Positions 62,548 to 64,000 of a stretch of DNA of 64,000 bases are shown here, piece after piece (position 1 is the first letter of the stretch; every line of letters begins with the position of its first letter). Position numbers and translations under genes: made by a program. The DNA is from Tubiluchus corallicola. Its lineage: Eukaryota; Animalia; Priapulida. The notes under the pieces are model-generated. The model made no database searches, was not told the origin of the DNA, and saw nothing but the letters and a program-made list of their open reading frames with translations. The stretch is from the NCBI GenBank assembly GCA_030141605.1, contig JAQGDQ010000134.1, positions 248,001 through 312,000 on the forward strand, in the 5' to 3' direction.

Positions 62548-63316
62548 GTATTATTGTACGTGGTTTTATGATTTTTTTGCATTGGGAAAGCTAACAAACT
62601 AAAGCTCCCTACCAACCAACATTAAAACGGCCCAAATTGTCAGCGCCTTTATTAGTAAACTAAAAGATACTCTCCTGTCAAATGATAATAGCCGAGCTGT
62701 AAAAGTGGAACAAATATGCCAAATAGTGGCTCATCCAAGGGAATCTGTGACAACTGTCAGGGTTACGTAGTAAGCGAGCACTCTCATAGGAATCCACATT
62801 CAGGCAAAATGTTTTCTTACCTGGTCAGTTTTTAAAAACCTCAATAAGATCTTCATGGTCCAAATTAATTCATATGTGGTCAAAATTTATGTTATATATC
62901 AAGATGAACTTTTTGCATCCCGAAAAAGTCAATTTTATGCTATTTTTCTGGCTATCAAACATGGTTAAAAATGTCGTAGAACAATCATACACGTTTGTAT
63001 AGCCTAACAAACCGTTCGAAAAATGTAAAAAGTGGATAAAAACTTGCGAACGACCACAGGATCAATTAAATGTAGAAAAAATACGTCGCAGGTATGATGC
63101 GTTCGTATGTTCACACGGGGTGGAATTATTGTATTATTGTACGTGGTTTTATGATTTTTTTTTGCATTGGGAAAGCTAACAAACTAAAGCTCCCTACCAA
63201 CCAACATTAAAACGGCCCAAATTGTCAGCACCTTTATTAGTAAACTAAAAGATACTCTCCTGTCAAATGATAATAGCCGAGCTGTAAAAGTGGAACAAAT
63301 ATGCCAAATAGTGGCT
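62548..63316. repeat. Spaced direct duplication: ~185-bp copies at 62548-62731 and 63131-63316
   Basis: Near-identical (one substitution, T-run length difference); ~400-bp spacer. Confidence 0.9.
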
Positions 63317-64000
63317 ATATTACATGGAAACGAACTGGAACTCTTTGGCACGGGTAATTTAAAATATATTGTGTTGGTAATATATAAATACTTTCTCCTA
63401 TGAAACCATTAAGTGTGTTTACTCAAATTAATTTCTCAGTGTACGTTTATCGTGTATTTTGTATGTTATGTACAATTCTGTACTATCTCTGATCATGTAT
63501 ATATTTCTAATTTACTTTAAACGTAATTTTATTGACAACAAGGATTACAATATGGCTTGCTTAACCAGACAGTTTTACAATTTATAGACGTTCTTGCCAA
63601 AGGAACGTAGCACTTAGAAGATTGCAGCAATAAACAAACAGTAGAAGCATTACTGTATAACTTTTAACTGTATAGATGCATATATAGCATAATATTGACA
63701 TGAGATGACATTAATATTACTATGTAAACAATGCAATGGTTAGAAGCGCTTAGATAGAAATATAAATTTCTGTACACTATTCTGTGCAATATTAACAGTT
63801 TTATTTAAGTGTTGATTGGTATGAAGAAGCAGAAACACGATTTCACTTGTTGACAAACTATACAGAGTTTGCTTCGTAATGTACATCTCGAGCCTGGCAA
63901 TATAACGATATTTTTAATTTATTTTATTGATGTTTGCGTATTGTATATTGTATATTTATGTTGTATTTTTTCTAATCATTTGTACATAGTTTTAATTTAG

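Overview
AT-rich, intron-rich animal (invertebrate) genomic DNA, not prokaryotic; most ORF-track entries are spurious. I assembled five multi-exon genes by hand from GT-AG junctions with consistent phases. (1) A short CNNM/DUF21-CBS metal-transporter gene (-) with two candidate alternative last exons. (2) PPIL6 (+), head-to-head with it. (3) TBC1D7 (-). (4) A secreted CBM14-LDLa-CE4 chitin-deacetylase-like gene (+) that has lost all canonical catalytic and metal-binding residues. (5) A jelly belly (Jeb/HEN-1)-like secreted LDLa gene (+) that the ORF track misses. There is also one tRNA-Leu(TAA) and a probable exon of an unidentified gene near 62 kb. Mobile DNA includes an internally deleted THAP/P-type element with perfect 58-bp TIRs, an internally deleted pogo/Tigger element, a bipartite RTE-derived element, tRNA- and 5S-derived SINEs, hAT-like MITEs and LINE fragments. 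Other repeats are a 7x73-bp array, a 38-bp minisatellite, a 170-nt hairpin and two spaced direct duplications. All family assignments come from motif recognition; no database search was run.
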